Below are positions 61,772 through 64,000 of a stretch of 64,000 nucleotides of DNA, piece after piece. Position numbers and translations under genes: made by a program. Below the pieces are notes generated by a model that saw only the letters and a list, made by a program, of their open reading frames with translations, did no database searches and was not told where the DNA came from. The stretch comes from Candidatus Latescibacterota bacterium (GTDB lineage: Bacteria > Latescibacterota > UBA2968 > UBA8231), in the NCBI GenBank assembly GCA_965203355.1, contig OZ241889.1, positions 2,272,001 through 2,336,000 on the forward strand, written 5' to 3'. Positions within the stretch are counted from its first letter, which is position 1. Every line of letters begins with the position of its first letter.

Positions 61772-64000
61772 TTAGCTGTCGTCGATCTCGCGGATCAAAG
61801 CGGCTAAGCGCCCTAGGCATACGGTGAGAAAAATCTCTTGGGCAACGGGCGACTCTTGCCGCACCGGGCTGTTGATGAAGCGGCCAATGGCGATGAGGAT
61901 TACGTACACCGAGAGCACATCGTATGCTTGGTCCCTAGTGGCAGAGAGTCCGTCGCGCACGGTGCGCACGACCTGCCGCATGGCCTCCACCAGTGCCTCG
62001 CCCTCTTCCTCTTCATAAGCGACGACCACCTCTTGGCACCGGGTCTTTAACTGCGTGCGAAACTCGGCGTTGACGCAGCGCGCTCGTCCCAAGGAGTCGG
62101 TTGCTCGGCGCAGCAGGCGGGTGATAGCGGCGACGCGGTCGGTATCCTCGCGCGAGAGCAAGCGGTAGAACTGGTCGCCAGCGCCTAATGCACGGCAGAC
62201 CCCGTTGAGTAGCTGCAAGCGCACGGCTAGGGAGGGGAAGTCGGGCAGATGGCCTAGCGCAGGTCTGACGATGCGGCGATCTTGGCACTCGCCGAGGACA
62301 TCGACCAGCGTCGGGAAGGTCAAGGGGTCAAAATCGCTGCCAAAGTGCCAGAAGAGCAACTCGTGGACTTCGTCCCCACGAATGCTGGCTAGGCCGCGGA
62401 TAGCGCTGATGCGCACCCGAGGATCGGCGTCGCTTAGCGCCTCGACTAGCGGATCGATGCTCGTAGAGGATCCAAGGCGGCCTAGGGCCTCGGCGGCTTC
62501 GCTGCGGATGTCCGAAGCCCCGTCGAGTAACTCGCGCACCAAGGGTTCGGTCGCGTTTTCCGACCGGCTTTCGCCCAAGGCGCGGGCGGCCGCACGGCGC
62601 ACCCGGGGGCTGGCGTCGGCTAGGGCTTGGACCAATTGCTCGATGGCGAGGGGGTTGCCCGAACGGCCTAGGGCCTCGGCGGCGCGGGCGCGGGTTTTCT
62701 CGGCCGTGGCTAGGCTGAAAATGGTGGTGTTGTAGGCGTAGCTGAGGACGTTGCCGCGCAGCATCCGCGAGAGCAGGCTACGCGATGTCGCACTCCGGGC
62801 GTCCTTGACGGTGCGGAGGATGAACAAGGGCACTAGCCGGATCGAGGCGCTGAGAGCAAAGATGACCTGCAAATCGCCCATGGGCACGCCAAACACGGTA
62901 AAGCGCAAGCCCTCTAATTGGGCGACGAGCAGGCCGCCCAACAAGGGGCCGAGCGCACCCATTAGATTGACCGTCACCGACCAAGTGGCCAAGTACATCG
63001 TGCGTTTTTCGCCTTGGGGCAACAGGCCGTAGAGCAGCGGGTTGATGCCTACGCCGATCCCGGAGAATAGAATTCCGCTGAGGACCAAGGCCACCGGTAC
63101 TAAGCGGTAATCCCCTGGCTGATTAAAGGCCCAGATAAAAGGCAGGAACACGGCCGGTGTCATCAGGATTTGCAGGACGGGCCTGGCCCCGAAGCGGTCG
63201 ATAAGCCCGGCCCAAGCCCGATAGCCGACGATGCTGGTCAGCATGAACAGGGCGTTGAAAATCGAGATCTCGGTGTAGGAGATCTGGAGGCGGTCGAGCA
63301 TGAAAACGCTGTAGAGCGGCCCGGCCAGCCCAATGCCAAAGGTCCATAGGCCAAAAAAGAGCACGGCGCGGCGGAAGTTGGCGTCGTAGAAGGGCTGCAC
63401 AAGGTCGCGCAAGCGCGTGCTTTGTTCGTCGCTGGCGGTCGTCTGTTGGGGAAAAGGGGCGCGGAGTAGGTTTAGATAGCCCAAGAATCCAAAGAGCGAC
63501 CCGACGGCAAAGACCCAGACAAAGCCGCCGCTGTCGGGGAAAAAGTCGAGGAATTGGCCAATCGCGAAACCAGCAATCATGGCCACTATGGTGCTGACTA
63601 TGGTCTGGCGGCTGGCAAAGCGCGCCCGGATATTTTCCGGCACCGCGTTGGCGATCCAAGTGCTGTAAAAGGGCGAGATCGCATAGCCGCTGAACAAACT
63701 GAGGCTGACCATCGCCACTAGGGCCGCGAGTCGGTATGGTTCCGGGACGAGGAGGGGGATGATCAGCGGCAGCCCGCGGAAGACGATTTCCACGTACCCA
63801 CCGAAGACGACAAAGCGCTTCTTGTCGCGGACGTGTGCGCTCAGTAGGGGCGCGAGCAGTTGGGTCAGGGCTAAGAAATACGCGGCGGAAGTAAAGAGGG
63901 CGATAAAGGCCCCGTCGGCCCCTAAGTACAGCGCAAAGCCCGTAAAGGCCGCCGTCCCCAACCCACAAGCTTGCCCCCAAGCGCCCCACAAGCCGCTGGC
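61772..64000 (-). CDS. MFS transporter fused to C-terminal HEAT repeats; 5' end outside window
   Basis: About 12 TM segments with GLIDRFGAR MFS motif, then RAAEALG/VRRAAARALG HEAT units; frame open to the window edge. Confidence 0.88.
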   Translation of the reverse strand, partial: ASGLWGAWGQACGLGTAAFTGFALYLGADGAFIALFTSAAYFLALTQLLAPLLSAHVRDKKRFVVFGGYVEIVFRGLPLIIPLLVPEPYRLAALVAMVSLSLFSGYAISPFYSTWIANAVPENIRARFASRQTIVSTIVAMIAGFAIGQFLDFFPDSGGFVWVFAVGSLFGFLGYLNLLRAPFPQQTTASDEQSTRLRDLVQPFYDANFRRAVLFFGLWTFGIGLAGPLYSVFMLDRLQISYTEISIFNALFMLTSIVGYRAWAGLIDRFGARPVLQILMTPAVFLPFIWAFNQPGDYRLVPVALVLSGILFSGIGVGINPLLYGLLPQGEKRTMYLATWSVTVNLMGALGPLLGGLLVAQLEGLRFTVFGVPMGDLQVIFALSASIRLVPLFILRTVKDARSATSRSLLSRMLRGNVLSYAYNTTIFSLATAEKTRARAAEALGRSGNPLAIEQLVQALADASPRVRRAAARALGESRSENATEPLVRELLDGASDIRSEAAEALGRLGSSTSIDPLVEALSDADPRVRISAIRGLASIRGDEVHELLFWHFGSDFDPLTFPTLVDVLGECQDRRIVRPALGHLPDFPSLAVRLQLLNGVCRALGAGDQFYRLLSREDTDRVAAITRLLRRATDSLGRARCVNAEFRTQLKTRCQEVVVAYEEEEGEALVEAMRQVVRTVRDGLSATRDQAYDVLSVYVILIAIGRFINSPVRQESPVAQEIFLTVCLGRLAALIREIDDS

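Overview
GC-rich bacterial chromosomal window. The lineage is an inference: a diderm FCB-type bacterium, most like sponge-associated Latescibacterota, from the PhyH-HEAT fusion, 'TWGxIK'-tailed secreted protein and FlgD/'PNGDGxND' C-termini. Housekeeping genes (addB-like, dnaK with a near-perfect sigma-54 promoter, uvrB, E1 alpha/beta, ferredoxin and sulfite reductase, nnr, carB, pyrK-pyrD, pcm, an isolated rplC, HIT) surround two accessory regions. The first is a defence hotspot at about 4.2-15.5 kb: IS1595 remnant, two AT-rich ORFs, type III-like Res, AlbA/ATPase, HicB with broken HicA, Mod and GmrSD-like DUF262-DUF1524. The second is a 12-kb six-gene secreted/outer-membrane operon (29.4-41.6 kb) of unknown function. 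There is also a BglII-like nuclease/MT-A70 pair. The most unusual observations: (1) a shrunken four-helix-bundle (23S rRNA IVP/bAvd-like) gene between complementary heptamer-repeat arms lies inside the still-open Mod reading frame, and an 'empty' copy of the same hairpin sits at 61.7 kb; (2) the 3' end of res is duplicated across a cargo gene, suggesting cassette insertion; (3) the six-gene envelope operon looks like a dedicated, undescribed export or surface-assembly system. No rRNA, tRNA or CRISPR array was seen. Family assignments come from motif recognition, not database searches.
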